Part shown: piece by piece, positions 1 through 10,588 of the stretch
How positions within the stretch are numbered: position 1 is the first letter of the stretch
Layout of the letters: every line of letters starts with the position of its first letter
Source of the DNA: a virus
IMG/VR virus record: IMGVR_UViG_3300042261_000762
Span: 32,001 to 96,000 of that record
Length of the DNA stretch: 64,000 nt
Strand: one strand, 5' to 3'
Program-made: the position numbers and the translations under genes
The notes under the pieces: generated by a model
The model's input: only the letters and a program-made list of their open reading frames with translations
What the model was told of the DNA's origin: nothing
The model's database searches: none

Positions 1-290
1 AAGGTAAGAATATAAACGAAGCAATAGATAATTTATATGAAGCTATTGATGTTTTTAAAGAAATTTACATATGGAAAAATGGAAAATAGAAAATAGAATC
101 GAAGATATAATTGAAAATAATTGTATAGAACACAGATGGGAAGGAACTGAAGTTTACAAACAAAATATTAAAGACGAAGTTATGTCATTAATAGATGAAG
201 TCAAAAGGGAATTACTTAAAGATTTTGTTTTCGATCAATTTTTCTTCGGTGGTGATACAGATAGTTTCGTACAAAAATTTATTGATAAAA

Positions 291-584
291 ATGAAAAAGG
301 AAGTAAGGAAAATATTTAAGGAAGAAGTTTTCAAAAGAGACGGATATAAATGTGTCTTTTGTGATAAAGAATCAGTAGACGCTCACCACATAACAGACAG
401 GCACGAAATGCCGAACGGTGGATATGTAAAAGAGAATGGAATTTCTCTTTGCGGCGATCATCACAGGATTGCAGAAAAATATCACGAATCTTGCGGAAAA
501 ACTTATATAGAAGGTTTTCATCCTGATCAATTATATAGAAAAATAGGCAGTTCAAAAGAAATAGCAAAACAAAAAAGTATATAA
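291..584 (+). CDS. Small HNH endonuclease
   Basis: VFKRDGYKCVFC...DAHHI...NGISLCGDHH (CxxC plus HNH core). The ATG at 291 is a more plausible start than 195. Confidence 0.75.
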   Translation: MKKEVRKIFKEEVFKRDGYKCVFCDKESVDAHHITDRHEMPNGGYVKENGISLCGDHHRIAEKYHESCGKTYIEGFHPDQLYRKIGSSKEIAKQKSI

Positions 585-792
585 AAATGAAAGAAAAAAG
601 TATATTGGAGCCCATATACATAAAAGCGATAGAAGAGTACTATGAACAAGGAGTATCTCTTGCTGGGATAACATCCCTCCTGTATTACAAAGGAGTTACA
701 GGAATTCAGTATATGGAGCTTCGAAAAAATTGTGTTTAAAGAAATTCAAAGAATAGAATCAAGAAAATCTAAAAGTAAAAAGGAGACATAAA

Positions 793-1245
793 ATGAACGA
801 ATTTAATACAGTAGCATTAGCCTACACAAACGAAAATGGTGAAGTTGTCGCTTGGTCAGCAGACACTTTCGGATCACCGAGAAATTATCCGAAGACATAT
901 CAAGATTCTGAACAAGTTAGAGATATGCTTTCAAAAAAGTTATCAGATAGAGAAGAATTTGCAAACGGCGCCATTAATGTGGTATCTAAGGCTAATTCTG
1001 GAGCAGGAGCATTAATGGGAGCATCTTTAAGATCAGATAAGAACAAGTTTGCAGAACTTGGTGTTACTGGTTGGGCTTTGGCAGAACTTGAATTACATAC
1101 AGATTACAAGAGAGATCTTGATCTTCCGAAGTGGAGTCAAGTTGTCGAATGTGTTGACAATAAAAAATATAAATTAGTAAACAATTCATGCACATGTGAT
1201 ACTATGTGGGAAAGGCGAAATTCCAATAGTAACCAATTTGTGTGA
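793..1245 (+). CDS. Hypothetical protein
   Basis: 150-aa ORF with coding-like composition and AGGAG upstream; no motif recognised. Confidence 0.6.
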   Translation: MNEFNTVALAYTNENGEVVAWSADTFGSPRNYPKTYQDSEQVRDMLSKKLSDREEFANGAINVVSKANSGAGALMGASLRSDKNKFAELGVTGWALAELELHTDYKRDLDLPKWSQVVECVDNKKYKLVNNSCTCDTMWERRNSNSNQFV

Positions 1246-1272
1246 TTATTGTAAGAAAAGAATATAAACAAA

Positions 1273-3300
1273 ATGAATATAAAAAACAGAAATATAGGAA
1301 TAGTCGCTCATATAGATGCAGGTAAAACTACACTAACTGAGAGAATATTATATTATACTGGTCAAAATCATAAAATGGGCGAGGTACATGATGGTAATAC
1401 TGTCACTGATTTCCTTCCACAGGAACAAGAACGAGGTATTACTATCATGGCTGCTGCCGTTACTACATATTGGAATGACCATAAAATTAATATAATAGAT
1501 ACTCCAGGACACATAGATTTTACTGGCGAAGTAGAACGTTCCCTTAGAGTGTTAGATGGCGCTGTTGTTGTATTCTGTGGAGTTGGTGGTGTGCAACCAC
1601 AATCAGAAACAGTTTGGCGTCAAGCTAATAGATACAAGGTGCCGAGAATAGCGTTTGTTAATAAGATGGATAGAACTGGTGCTGATTTTTTCAATGTAGT
1701 GAATCAAATAGAAAATAGACTCAAATCAAAACCTGTTATAATTCAATTACCCGTTGGTAGTGAAGATAACTTTAAGGGTATTATTGATTTAGTAAATATG
1801 AAATACATTACTTGGAAATCAGAAACTTTAGGTGAGGAATATGAAATTTCCGAAATACCACAAGAATATCTAGATAAAGCTATTTATTATAATGAACAAA
1901 TACTAGAATCTATTTGTGAGCATAACGATGATTTTATGCACAAATACTTAGAATCAGTAGAATTAATAACAAAAGAAGAAATATTAAAAAATCTTAGAGA
2001 TTTAACAATAAATTTTAAGATAGTTCCAGTGTTGTGTGGAACAGCTAAGAAAAATAAAGGAGTACAAACTCTCCTTGATGCTATTGTAGATCTTTTGCCT
2101 TCTCCTAAAGATAGGAATTATATCAAAGCTAAAAAAGAAGGAGAAGATATAGAATTAAGAACAGAAGACGATGAGGTTTTATCTGCTATTGTTTTTAAGA
2201 TAATGACAGATAAAAATGCAGGCAAATTATCTATGATAAGATTATATTCTGGAACACTTAAAGCCGGACAAACAATTTACAATGCTAGAACAGGAAAAGC
2301 CGAAAGAGTATCTAGAATATTTACAATTCAAGCTAATAAAAAGACTGATGTTAAATCAGTTGACGCCGGTGATATTTGTGCAATAGTTGGAGTTAAAGAT
2401 ATATGGACTGGCGATACTTTATGTGAAGATAAGAAAACATTCGAATTAGAAAACATAACTAACGCCAAACCAGTTATATCCATAACTGTTGAGCCTTTGA
2501 CAAATAAAGATACAGATAAATTAAGTTTTGCTTTACAGAAACTATCAGAAGAAGATCCTACTTTCTCAATAAAAGTTGATGAAAATGGACAAACTGTAAT
2601 AAGTGGAATGGGCGAACTTTATCTTGATGTTATATTGAGCAGAATGATAACCGAATTTGGAGTTGAATGTAATACAGGACAACCAAAAGTTTCATATAGA
2701 GAGAATATAACAAAACCAGTTACTCACAGAGAAAGATTATCAAGACAAACAGGCGGTAAAGGTATGTTTGCCGAGATTGAGTATAAAATAGAACCTGTTT
2801 CAGATGAAACAAAAGGATTATCTTTCGAATGGGCAGTTAAAGGCGGCAATGTTCCAAGAGAATATATGTCAACCATAGAAAAATCTTTCAAAGATTGTAT
2901 GGTTAGTGGACCATTAGCTGGTAATGAAATAGAAAGTTTAAAAGTTACTATACTCGATGGAATGACGCACCCTGTAGATTCTAGTCCTTTGGCATTTGAG
3001 ACTTGTGTGAAAATATCATTTCCAAAAGCATACATGAAAGGTGAACCTACTTTATTTGAACCTATAATGGATGAAGAAGTATCAACTCCCGAGGAATATT
3101 TGAGTGATATAATAGGAGAAATGAATAGACGTAGATCACAAGTGATGTCTATAAACACTTTACCAGATTCTACAATATTACTTAGAGCCAAATCGCCATT
3201 GTCTGAAAAATTTGGATTTATAACTACACTTAGAACTTTATCTCAAGGTAGGGCGTCTAATAATTTAACATTTTCACATTATGAAAGGGTAGAAATATGA
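1273..3300 (+). CDS. fusA: Translation elongation factor G (phage-encoded)
   Basis: [50 protein letters not shown] and LRTLSQGRA span all five EF-G domains. No rpsL/rpsG/tuf neighbours. Confidence 0.96.
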   Translation: MNIKNRNIGIVAHIDAGKTTLTERILYYTGQNHKMGEVHDGNTVTDFLPQEQERGITIMAAAVTTYWNDHKINIIDTPGHIDFTGEVERSLRVLDGAVVVFCGVGGVQPQSETVWRQANRYKVPRIAFVNKMDRTGADFFNVVNQIENRLKSKPVIIQLPVGSEDNFKGIIDLVNMKYITWKSETLGEEYEISEIPQEYLDKAIYYNEQILESICEHNDDFMHKYLESVELITKEEILKNLRDLTINFKIVPVLCGTAKKNKGVQTLLDAIVDLLPSPKDRNYIKAKKEGEDIELRTEDDEVLSAIVFKIMTDKNAGKLSMIRLYSGTLKAGQTIYNARTGKAERVSRIFTIQANKKTDVKSVDAGDICAIVGVKDIWTGDTLCEDKKTFELENITNAKPVISITVEPLTNKDTDKLSFALQKLSEEDPTFSIKVDENGQTVISGMGELYLDVILSRMITEFGVECNTGQPKVSYRENITKPVTHRERLSRQTGGKGMFAEIEYKIEPVSDETKGLSFEWAVKGGNVPREYMSTIEKSFKDCMVSGPLAGNEIESLKVTILDGMTHPVDSSPLAFETCVKISFPKAYMKGEPTLFEPIMDEEVSTPEEYLSDIIGEMNRRRSQVMSINTLPDSTILLRAKSPLSEKFGFITTLRTLSQGRASNNLTFSHYERVEI

Positions 3301-3944
3301 AAGAATATCCTCATATAGAATATGGTTATGGAATATATGGCGAAAACGTTTATGCTTTCGATAAACTTGACGGTAGTAATATTCGTGTAGAATGGGATAG
3401 AAAGGCAGCAAAGAAAAGCGATTATACTGGAGGGTTTAATAAATTTGGAACAAGAACTCAAATTATAAGCAAAGAAGATCAAAACTTTGGAGATTCTGTA
3501 GATTTATTTCTTAATAAATATTGCGAGCCTTTGAACAAAATATTCAAGGATGAAAAATATTTTAGAAATATAGATAAGATAACTTTATTCGCAGAATATT
3601 ATGGTCCAAATTCTTTTGCTGGAAGACACGAACCTGATGATGTGAAAGATGTTGTCTTATTTGATGTTTGTCCTTATAAGAAAGGATTTGTTATACCAAA
3701 ATTATTCGTAGAATATTTCGGACATTTACATATTCCTGATGTAATATATATTGGCAATTATAACAAAGAACTAATTCATAATATAAGAAGAGACAATGAT
3801 CTCAAAGAAGGTGTGGTATGTAAAGGTGTAAGAAAAACAAAGGGGAATGACATAGTTTGGATGACCAAGATTAAGACAAACGCTTGGATGGATAGACTAA
3901 AAAATAAATATGGAGAGGAAGCTCTAAAAGAGGAAATGAAATGA
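3297..3944 (+). CDS. ATP-dependent RNA ligase (Rnl2/Rnl5-like nucleotidyltransferase domain only)
   Basis: Motif I KLDGSN, III FAEYYG, IIIa LFDV, IV EGVVCK, V TKIKT. Confidence 0.8.
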   Translation: MKEYPHIEYGYGIYGENVYAFDKLDGSNIRVEWDRKAAKKSDYTGGFNKFGTRTQIISKEDQNFGDSVDLFLNKYCEPLNKIFKDEKYFRNIDKITLFAEYYGPNSFAGRHEPDDVKDVVLFDVCPYKKGFVIPKLFVEYFGHLHIPDVIYIGNYNKELIHNIRRDNDLKEGVVCKGVRKTKGNDIVWMTKIKTNAWMDRLKNKYGEEALKEEMK

Positions 3945-4156
3945 ACAATATAAAAGTTTATATAGATAAAGACGACGATATTGGTGAAATAGTTCATATT
4001 CATAATGTTATAGATAACACATATTTATCTTATCTTAAAAATAATAGAAGGATAACGGTAGAATGTAAAAGTAGAGAAGAGGCATGTAAGGAAATTAAAA
4101 GAATAATGATTAGATTAAGAGAAGTAGATTAATTTTTTTTATAAATTAATATTTCT

Positions 4157-4164
4157 TATATTTG
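4157..4164 (+). promoter_or_regulatory. Bacteroidota-type -7 promoter element (TAnnTTTG)
   Basis: TATATTTG ends 7 nt before the 5' end of the RNase P RNA. Similar boxes at 13110, 13591, 15671, 21480 and 33757. Confidence 0.65.
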
Positions 4165-4170
4165 TATTAA

Positions 4171-4413
4171 GTAATCGTCCGATCTTACGCTGGTGAGATT
4201 CAAATAATCATTAGAGGAAGTTCGCGACTGTACCGCTTAAAGTTGGAGACCTAAACAGTCGTTTGCACAACTGAGACAGCAAGCCAAACAGACCGAGGCG
4301 GTGAGCGGGCCTAAAGGTCGGGTTGGTGCGCCCTCGATATATGGAGAGGGAGGTTTTTCAAAACCTAGATAAATGTAAGATTAGAAACAGGATCGCGGCT
4401 ATGAGATGATTAC
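4171..4413 (+). ncRNA. rnpB: RNase P RNA, minimal (S-domain strongly reduced)
   Basis: P1 GTAATCGTC/GATGATTAC; P2 GATCTTAC/GTAAGATT; CR-I GAGGAAGTTCGCGA pairs with CR-V AAACAGGATCGCGGCT (P4 with bulged U); CAGCAAGCCAAA and AGATAAATG conserved blocks. Confidence 0.9.
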
Positions 4414-4424
4414 AAAAGCGCAGG

Positions 4425-4453
4425 AAAAAAGAGGGATAGTCTCCCTCTTTTTT
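4425..4453 (+). terminator. Intrinsic terminator after the RNase P RNA
   Basis: AAAAAAGAGGGA-TAGTC-TCCCTCTTTTTT hairpin with A and U tracts. Confidence 0.8.
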
Positions 4454-4479
4454 CATTTTAAATATTAATATATAGGTTT

Positions 4480-5820
4480 ATGGTAATAAATTTCAAGAAT
4501 TATATATTTGAATCTGTCAATAAACCTAACGCTAGAATTGTAATGTCTTTCAAATGCAACAGAAAATGTAGAGGGTGTTGCAATCAAATAGCTGAATTTG
4601 ATCATATATTGGCTAAAATTGAAGAAATAAAAGATTACGAAAAAGTATTCATTACTGGTGGTGAGCCAATGTTATATCCAGATAGATTAATGGAAGTGAT
4701 TAATATTTTGAGAAATAATGGAAATAAGAAAATTTATTTATATACTGCTTGGCCTTATCCAAAAAAGAAATTTTTAGAAATATTAAAACATCTTGACGGT
4801 GTAAATCTTACATTACACGCAGCTTTAGATAGAATGTTGTTCTATGATAATGGATACGATAAGATGAAATTTCCAGGAAAAAGAATGGTTTTGAAAGTCT
4901 TTGGAGTTAAACATTTAAATATTGAAGGAGACTGGGATGCCAAGACAGCCAAATGGTTAAAGGATTGCCCAATGCCGCCAAGAGAAGATCTCTATGTTTT
5001 GACTGAAAATTGTAATAATAATTTATTAGAGAAAGTGGCAGAATCTCCAATAGTCGATATAAATAAGTATAATACCTCATTAAGTAAAACTATAGATGAA
5101 AAGTTATTTTTTTTAGATAAAATAAATACAGATTTAATTGTAGATTTTGGATGTGCCGATGGTAAAATATTACAAGCTATAAGACAAAGAAAACCAAAAA
5201 TTTCTTTAATAGGTTATGACGTGTCTGATGATATGTTAAATATAGCCAAAACGACATTACCTGGTGCAAACTTCACTAATGATTGGATAAGTGTGAGATC
5301 TGCGGCTTATAATCACGATAATCCTACCTTGTTATTATCAAGTGTTATACATGAAGTATATTCTTATTCTGATTCTAAAGAAGTTAAAAAATTCTGGGAG
5401 GAAAAAGTTTTTGGTGGCATGTTTAAGTATATTGTTATTAGAGATATGATACCATCAGTTGAATTACAAAGACAAGATTTTCTAAACTTCAGAGAAGATG
5501 CTAAAAAAATAAATAAAAGAGCTAATAAAAAATATTTAAATTCCTTTGAAAATGTTTGGGGTCTGATAGATAATGATTATAGAACGTTATTACAATGGCT
5601 ATTAAAGTATAGATATACTGATAATTGGGAGAGAGAACTTAAAGAAAATTATCTACCATTAACTCTAGAAACTCTCTATAAGAAAATCCCTTCCAATTAT
5701 AGAATATTGTTTAAAGATAATTATATTTTTGAACCCCTTCAAAAGCATGTAATGAATGATTTTGGTATAAAATTAAATCATACCACTCATACAAAAATGA
5801 TTATAGAAAGAGTTAGATAA
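4480..5820 (+). CDS. Radical SAM domain fused to class I SAM methyltransferase
   Basis: CNRKCRGC and ITGGEP in the N-terminal half; VDFGCADG and IGYD in the C-terminal half; leader MVINFKNYIFE. Confidence 0.75.
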   Translation: MVINFKNYIFESVNKPNARIVMSFKCNRKCRGCCNQIAEFDHILAKIEEIKDYEKVFITGGEPMLYPDRLMEVINILRNNGNKKIYLYTAWPYPKKKFLEILKHLDGVNLTLHAALDRMLFYDNGYDKMKFPGKRMVLKVFGVKHLNIEGDWDAKTAKWLKDCPMPPREDLYVLTENCNNNLLEKVAESPIVDINKYNTSLSKTIDEKLFFLDKINTDLIVDFGCADGKILQAIRQRKPKISLIGYDVSDDMLNIAKTTLPGANFTNDWISVRSAAYNHDNPTLLLSSVIHEVYSYSDSKEVKKFWEEKVFGGMFKYIVIRDMIPSVELQRQDFLNFREDAKKINKRANKKYLNSFENVWGLIDNDYRTLLQWLLKYRYTDNWERELKENYLPLTLETLYKKIPSNYRILFKDNYIFEPLQKHVMNDFGIKLNHTTHTKMIIERVR

Positions 5821-6334
5821 AACTCTTTATACATTCATATATACTCATTCTAACAGGAGCCCTATTATTTCCACCAAAATAAGGATAACCTTTTTTCTGA
5901 ATCTTGTGATCCTTTGTGTTATTTTTCATTTCTATTGTAGAATCACCAACTGATATAATATATTTATTATCTTGTATAACTATTTTTGCGTCATAAGTTA
6001 TATCAGTATTCACATTACAAATGTATTGACTTATATGTGGATCATTTCTTGTCCCATCATATACATAACCATATACTTTTATGTTATTTTGAGTTTTAAA
6101 ATCTGGGACCCAAGCCAATCTAACACTATTTTTATGTATAGCAAAAACCCCAAAAGATATACCACATAATTTATTTAAGTCATAATCATCGCTATTTCTA
6201 GGTGAATCCCACCAACATTCAGGTGAAAATTTAAATTTAATATTAAATTCTGTCTTATTGTAGAACCACCCGAAAAGTCTTTCTATCAAGAAAAAAGCAT
6301 AATGCCAACCTCTTAAAATTGTATATTTTTTCAT
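5813..6334 (-). CDS. Hypothetical beta-rich protein
   Basis: 173-aa ORF with PYFGGN near the C-terminus; function not recognised. Confidence 0.55.
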   Translation of the reverse strand: MKKYTILRGWHYAFFLIERLFGWFYNKTEFNIKFKFSPECWWDSPRNSDDYDLNKLCGISFGVFAIHKNSVRLAWVPDFKTQNNIKVYGYVYDGTRNDPHISQYICNVNTDITYDAKIVIQDNKYIISVGDSTIEMKNNTKDHKIQKKGYPYFGGNNRAPVRMSIYECIKSFI

Positions 6335-6535
6335 AACTTTTTTTATTTTATATATTAAATATTTTTTTCAACAACTTTCGTAATATATTGATGATCAAAT
6401 ATGTTTTTTTGTAAAAGGAAAAACTATGTCCTTTTTTCGTTATATATAATGACAGAATCATAATTTTAGATTTTGTTTATCTATGTAGCAGAATCGGTAA
6501 ATTTAAAAAAAAAACTTTATTAGGGGAGGTAAAAA

Positions 6536-7558
6536 ATGAGAGTGCTTTTTGTCTTGAAAGACAGATTTTACAACAAAACACATTCAAAGTCTTACGGTCT
6601 AATAAATTCATCAAAACAAGTAGCAGATTATTTGGAGACTATTGGATATACTTGTAAAGTTGTCCAGGTCATTGATGCGAATTATATAGATAGAGAGATA
6701 TTTGAGTTCAGACCAGATATAGTTATTATAGAAGCTTTATGGGTATCTGGAGCAAAAATGAAAGAGCTTATAGAAATAAAAAGGTATAAACATATTAAAT
6801 GGATAGTTAGAATTCATAGTAATATCGGATTTTTGAGTGCAGAAACATTAGCCTTAAAATATGTTAATGATTATATTGAACTTCAAAAAGAGAATTTATT
6901 TGTGTCTTGTAATAATCTAGAATTTAATAATAATTTATCTAAAGCAATGAATTATGAATTTGTATATCTACCAAATATTATTGATATTCATTTTCATGAA
7001 CCAGATAAGGAATATACAAATTATATTGATATAGGATGTTTTGGTTCTTTAAGAATTCTTAAAAATCAATGTTATCAAGCTATGTGTGCTATGGAGGCTG
7101 CAGATAGAATGAGAAAAAGACTTAGGTTTCATGTTACTGTAGATGTTGATATAGATCAAAAGAGTGTAGTAAATCCAGTGCTTAAGAATCTAGAAGAATT
7201 ATTTAAGAATAGTCAACACGAATTAGTTAAACACATGTGGTTAGAACAAGCAGAATTTCATCATCTCATTAAAGAAATGCATTTAGGATTACAAGATTCT
7301 TACACAGAAAGTTTTAATATAGTAACTTCAGATTTTGTCAATGAGGGTGTTCCAATAATAGTAAGTCCTTCTATAACATGGATGCCTTGGTTTTTTAAGA
7401 CATCTACTGTACATTTTCATAGAACAGTAAGAAAAATTATTTGGGTATATAGATTGAGAAAAAGTAGAATATTAAGATGGTGGAGTAGAAGAAATCTTTT
7501 AGCATATAACGGTTCCGCTAAAATGAAATGGAGATTTTTCTTACATAAATTCGATTAA
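6536..7558 (+). CDS. Glycosyltransferase-like protein (GT-B fold)
   Basis: PDIVIIEA, IGCFGSLRILKN, SYTESFNIVTSDFVNEGVPIIVS resemble GT4 donor-binding motifs. Confidence 0.65.
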   Translation: MRVLFVLKDRFYNKTHSKSYGLINSSKQVADYLETIGYTCKVVQVIDANYIDREIFEFRPDIVIIEALWVSGAKMKELIEIKRYKHIKWIVRIHSNIGFLSAETLALKYVNDYIELQKENLFVSCNNLEFNNNLSKAMNYEFVYLPNIIDIHFHEPDKEYTNYIDIGCFGSLRILKNQCYQAMCAMEAADRMRKRLRFHVTVDVDIDQKSVVNPVLKNLEELFKNSQHELVKHMWLEQAEFHHLIKEMHLGLQDSYTESFNIVTSDFVNEGVPIIVSPSITWMPWFFKTSTVHFHRTVRKIIWVYRLRKSRILRWWSRRNLLAYNGSAKMKWRFFLHKFD

Positions 7559-7560
7559 AT

Positions 7561-7590
7561 AAAAAAATCCCACAAAAATGTGGGATTTTT
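7561..7590 (+). terminator. Intrinsic terminator
   Basis: AAAAATCCCACA-AAAA-TGTGGGATTTTT. Confidence 0.75.
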
Positions 7591-7623
7591 ATTTTATATA
7601 TACAAAAAAATAACCATTCATCC

Positions 7624-7710
7624 ATGAATAATGTTCTAAAATTTAGTGACTATATAAAAGAGAACGCCGATAGGGCAAGAGATAAAGGAACGGACTCAAG
7701 ATTCTGGTAA
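7624..7710 (+). CDS. 28-aa micro-protein (capsid-targeting-like leader plus short peptide), absent from ORF track
   Basis: MNNVLKFSDYIKENADRARDKGTDSRFW*, preceded by TTTTATATATA. Confidence 0.55.
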   Translation: MNNVLKFSDYIKENADRARDKGTDSRFW

Positions 7711-7761
7711 AAAATGGGGAAAAAATATTAATATATAAAAGAAAAAATAATACTAAAGAAT

Positions 7762-8235
7762 ATGGGAAAATTAGAAAATTTGTTAGGTTTCGATGATTTT
7801 GAAAAAAGTTGGAAACCAAGAGAGCAAAAGTCCACCAAAAGAACAGATGTTGGTTTAGATATATTAAACGAAAACTTATATATGAAAGTTATGGATCAAG
7901 ATGCTGCTGGATGGAAGGAGAATGTTACTAAGTTCATTCAAAGCATAATGAAAGCCGTAAACGAAAATCAGATTAAGGATATTAAGGTAACTGATTCAAC
8001 TGCTTCTTTTACAATTCGTGGACGTAAACATAGAATAAACAAGGACGCTGGTTCTATTACTCTATGGAGAATGAAAGCTACTGCTTTTAGACCAACCTAT
8101 CACGATGAAGCTGGTCGTCTAAAACATGAGAAGAAACGTAAGAAAACACGTGAAGAGATTGAAGTAACAATTCCTATCAACAAAAATGAAGGAACTGCTA
8201 TTTATAATGCTCTTAAAGAAAGAGCTGAGGATTAA
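7762..8235 (+). CDS. Hypothetical protein, putative virion/late protein
   Basis: 157-aa ORF after a TTAATATATA motif and followed by a terminator. Confidence 0.6.
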   Translation: MGKLENLLGFDDFEKSWKPREQKSTKRTDVGLDILNENLYMKVMDQDAAGWKENVTKFIQSIMKAVNENQIKDIKVTDSTASFTIRGRKHRINKDAGSITLWRMKATAFRPTYHDEAGRLKHEKKRKKTREEIEVTIPINKNEGTAIYNALKERAED

Positions 8236-8281
8236 TATCATTAATGGTGGTGTCCCTCTAATGCGTCCCTTTCTTATTATT

Positions 8282-8313
8282 ACCGAACTACGTTAATAGT
8301 TCGGTTTTTTTTT
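8282..8313 (+). terminator. Intrinsic terminator
   Basis: ACCGAACTA-CGTTAA-TAGTTCGGT followed by a T-run. Confidence 0.8.
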
Positions 8314-8538
8314 AAACTTACCTTTCATTAATTTGTATATAATACATGATAGATATAATTGAAAAAGAACAAACAACAATCAATCAATTTGGATGCGAAA
8401 TCAGTATTGATTGTAAATACGTTTCATCTGTGGAAGATGAAAGACGTAATAGAATAGCATATGTCTATGAAATAGATAAAAAGACTCTATATGTCTTGAA
8501 TAAGAATTTCAAAACTCTAAAAATAGAATACGTCCCGA

Positions 8539-9894
8539 ATGAGTAATAATCATCCAAAAATAACTAATTCTATTGATGTGATGATTTCTGATGCCATGCT
8601 TGGTCTTCAGTATTATGGCGAATTTTGCCAGTATATAAATTTTAAAAATTATCACGCTATTGGAACTTGTGGAGTTAGAGTAGATTTAGCTGGTATGCGT
8701 TATTTCTATAACGAAGAATTTGTTGATGAAATGACACAAGGAGAAATGAATTTCATCATGTTACATGAAGTTCTTCACCTTTTATGGGATCATCAAGCAA
8801 GAACAAGAAGATGTGGTTATGATCATGAGCTTAGCAATATAGTTCAAGATATGATTATCAATGATGTTATTAAAACTGATATTATTGATAAGATGGAGTA
8901 TAGTAATAAAATAAATAAAAGAAATTGTCATTTTGCTGATATTCCAAGAAAAGAAGTAATGGTAAAACATGCCGATGGTAGTAAGACCGTTGGTAGAGAA
9001 GTTTGGGTTTTAGAAAAACCAGCAGAATATAAAGGGAAATTGTCATACGAAGAAATGTATGAATGGATATACGGCGAGAAACAAAAATATGATGAATGGA
9101 AAGATCATTGTGAGTGCGATAAAAGCTTGCCATGTAAATGTAATAGAAAAGACGGCGGAACAAAAGAAGGCAATCAGAAATGTAAATGTCAAGAATGTCC
9201 TGTAAGTAATTATTTGCGTGGCATTTTTGAGAAAATGGATATGGGTTTATTAGAATGGTTAGATAAACATTTACCTAGTGATATTCCAGAAGATTATAGA
9301 AAAAGCATAATAGAGAATGTAAAAAATAATCTTAGAGCAAGAGGATTAGAATCTGCTGATATTCTTGCAACTTTAGATAAGATAACAAAATCTAAAAAAG
9401 ATTATATTAAAAATATAAAAATAGGTATAAATGAACTTTTTGGGAATTATAAAAATAAATCAATAACTAAAAGAAATAGAAGATCTATAGAAGGAGTAAA
9501 AGGTAAAAGAAAAGAATCTTACGCTCTTAATGTTCTGCTGGATGTTTCTGGAAGTATGGAAGGATATTTTGAAAAAGCGTTATCTTATATTTTTCAAAAT
9601 GGTATAAAAATAAATCTTATACAATGTGATACTGTGGTAAAAGATTACATGGTTATAAAAGATAAAGCCCATTTTAGAAAAATAAAAATAAATGGATTGG
9701 GCGGGACAATTCTTCAACCAGGTATAGATTTCATATCATCAAACAAAGATTTGAGCGATTTGAATACTTTAATATTAACAGATGGAATGACTGATGAACT
9801 TGATGTAACAAAACTCAAAAAGACTATGATTATAAGTCATAATCAGAAATGTAAAGTAATAGGCGAGGCAAGACAAATTGTAATAAAAGAATGA
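8539..9894 (+). CDS. Metallopeptidase-like (HExxH) plus vWA domain protein (DUF2201-type)
   Basis: MLHEVLHLLWDH; MIDAS LLDVSGSM; GLGGT; ILTDG. Confidence 0.85.
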   Translation: MSNNHPKITNSIDVMISDAMLGLQYYGEFCQYINFKNYHAIGTCGVRVDLAGMRYFYNEEFVDEMTQGEMNFIMLHEVLHLLWDHQARTRRCGYDHELSNIVQDMIINDVIKTDIIDKMEYSNKINKRNCHFADIPRKEVMVKHADGSKTVGREVWVLEKPAEYKGKLSYEEMYEWIYGEKQKYDEWKDHCECDKSLPCKCNRKDGGTKEGNQKCKCQECPVSNYLRGIFEKMDMGLLEWLDKHLPSDIPEDYRKSIIENVKNNLRARGLESADILATLDKITKSKKDYIKNIKIGINELFGNYKNKSITKRNRRSIEGVKGKRKESYALNVLLDVSGSMEGYFEKALSYIFQNGIKINLIQCDTVVKDYMVIKDKAHFRKIKINGLGGTILQPGIDFISSNKDLSDLNTLILTDGMTDELDVTKLKKTMIISHNQKCKVIGEARQIVIKE

Positions 9895-10334
9895 ATTGGA
9901 CTTATAAGGAAATAAATTATTTTGATTTTTTGTTGGAATTTCCAGAAGTAGTAGATACTTTTTATTTACCAGCTGGTATAGATCCTTTATTCTACATAGA
10001 ATATGTAAAAGAAATTCATAAAACTAATCCAACTAAAAAACCTTTGATAATATTAGATAATGTGAAGTTATCAGAAGTTGTACATAGATGCATTAAAACA
10101 AATGAAGAAAAATTCGATATATTTAGAGGATATTTAAGTGTAAAAGTGAACAATGATGAAATTTTTCATGTAAAACCAACAAAAAATCTTTTAAGTTACG
10201 AAAGAAATAATTTGAAAGAATTAGAAGGAGAATTTACTATAATATCATCATTTCCACCGGGTTATTATAATTTTGATGAAGTGGAAATGAAAAACTTAAA
10301 AAGAGACCTTTTAATAGGTAAAATGTTTAGATGA
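9891..10334 (+). CDS. Hypothetical protein
   Basis: Translationally coupled (ATGA overlap) within the vWA/MoxR operon. Confidence 0.55.
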   Translation: MNWTYKEINYFDFLLEFPEVVDTFYLPAGIDPLFYIEYVKEIHKTNPTKKPLIILDNVKLSEVVHRCIKTNEEKFDIFRGYLSVKVNNDEIFHVKPTKNLLSYERNNLKELEGEFTIISSFPPGYYNFDEVEMKNLKRDLLIGKMFR

Positions 10335-10588
10335 AAACAATTAATATAAATGGTGACATATTTCATTTACAAAATGACGAACTTCATAGAGAAGATGGTC
10401 CAGCTATAGAATTTGCTAGTGGTATTCAATGGTGGATGCAAAGAGGTAAATTACATAGAGAGAATGGACCTGCGATAGTCGATAAAAGAGAATTTATTGA
10501 ATATTGGCTAAATGGAGAATCAGCCACAGAAGAAGAAATAATCAACATTAAAAGAAATAAATGGATAGATAAAAGTTATGAAAATTGA
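10331..10588 (+). CDS. LHRxDGPA-repeat protein
   Basis: LHREDGPAIE and LHRENGPAIV followed by EYWLNG; a repeat common in large viruses. Confidence 0.7.
   Translation: MKTININGDIFHLQNDELHREDGPAIEFASGIQWWMQRGKLHRENGPAIVDKREFIEYWLNGESATEEEIINIKRNKWIDKSYEN

Noticed and set aside
1273-3300. EF-G, GluRS and rnpB as evidence of a bacterial chromosome
   Set aside because: No ribosomal-protein operon context; surrounded by small phage-type ORFs, homing endonucleases and gp23/gp20/gp14-like sequences.
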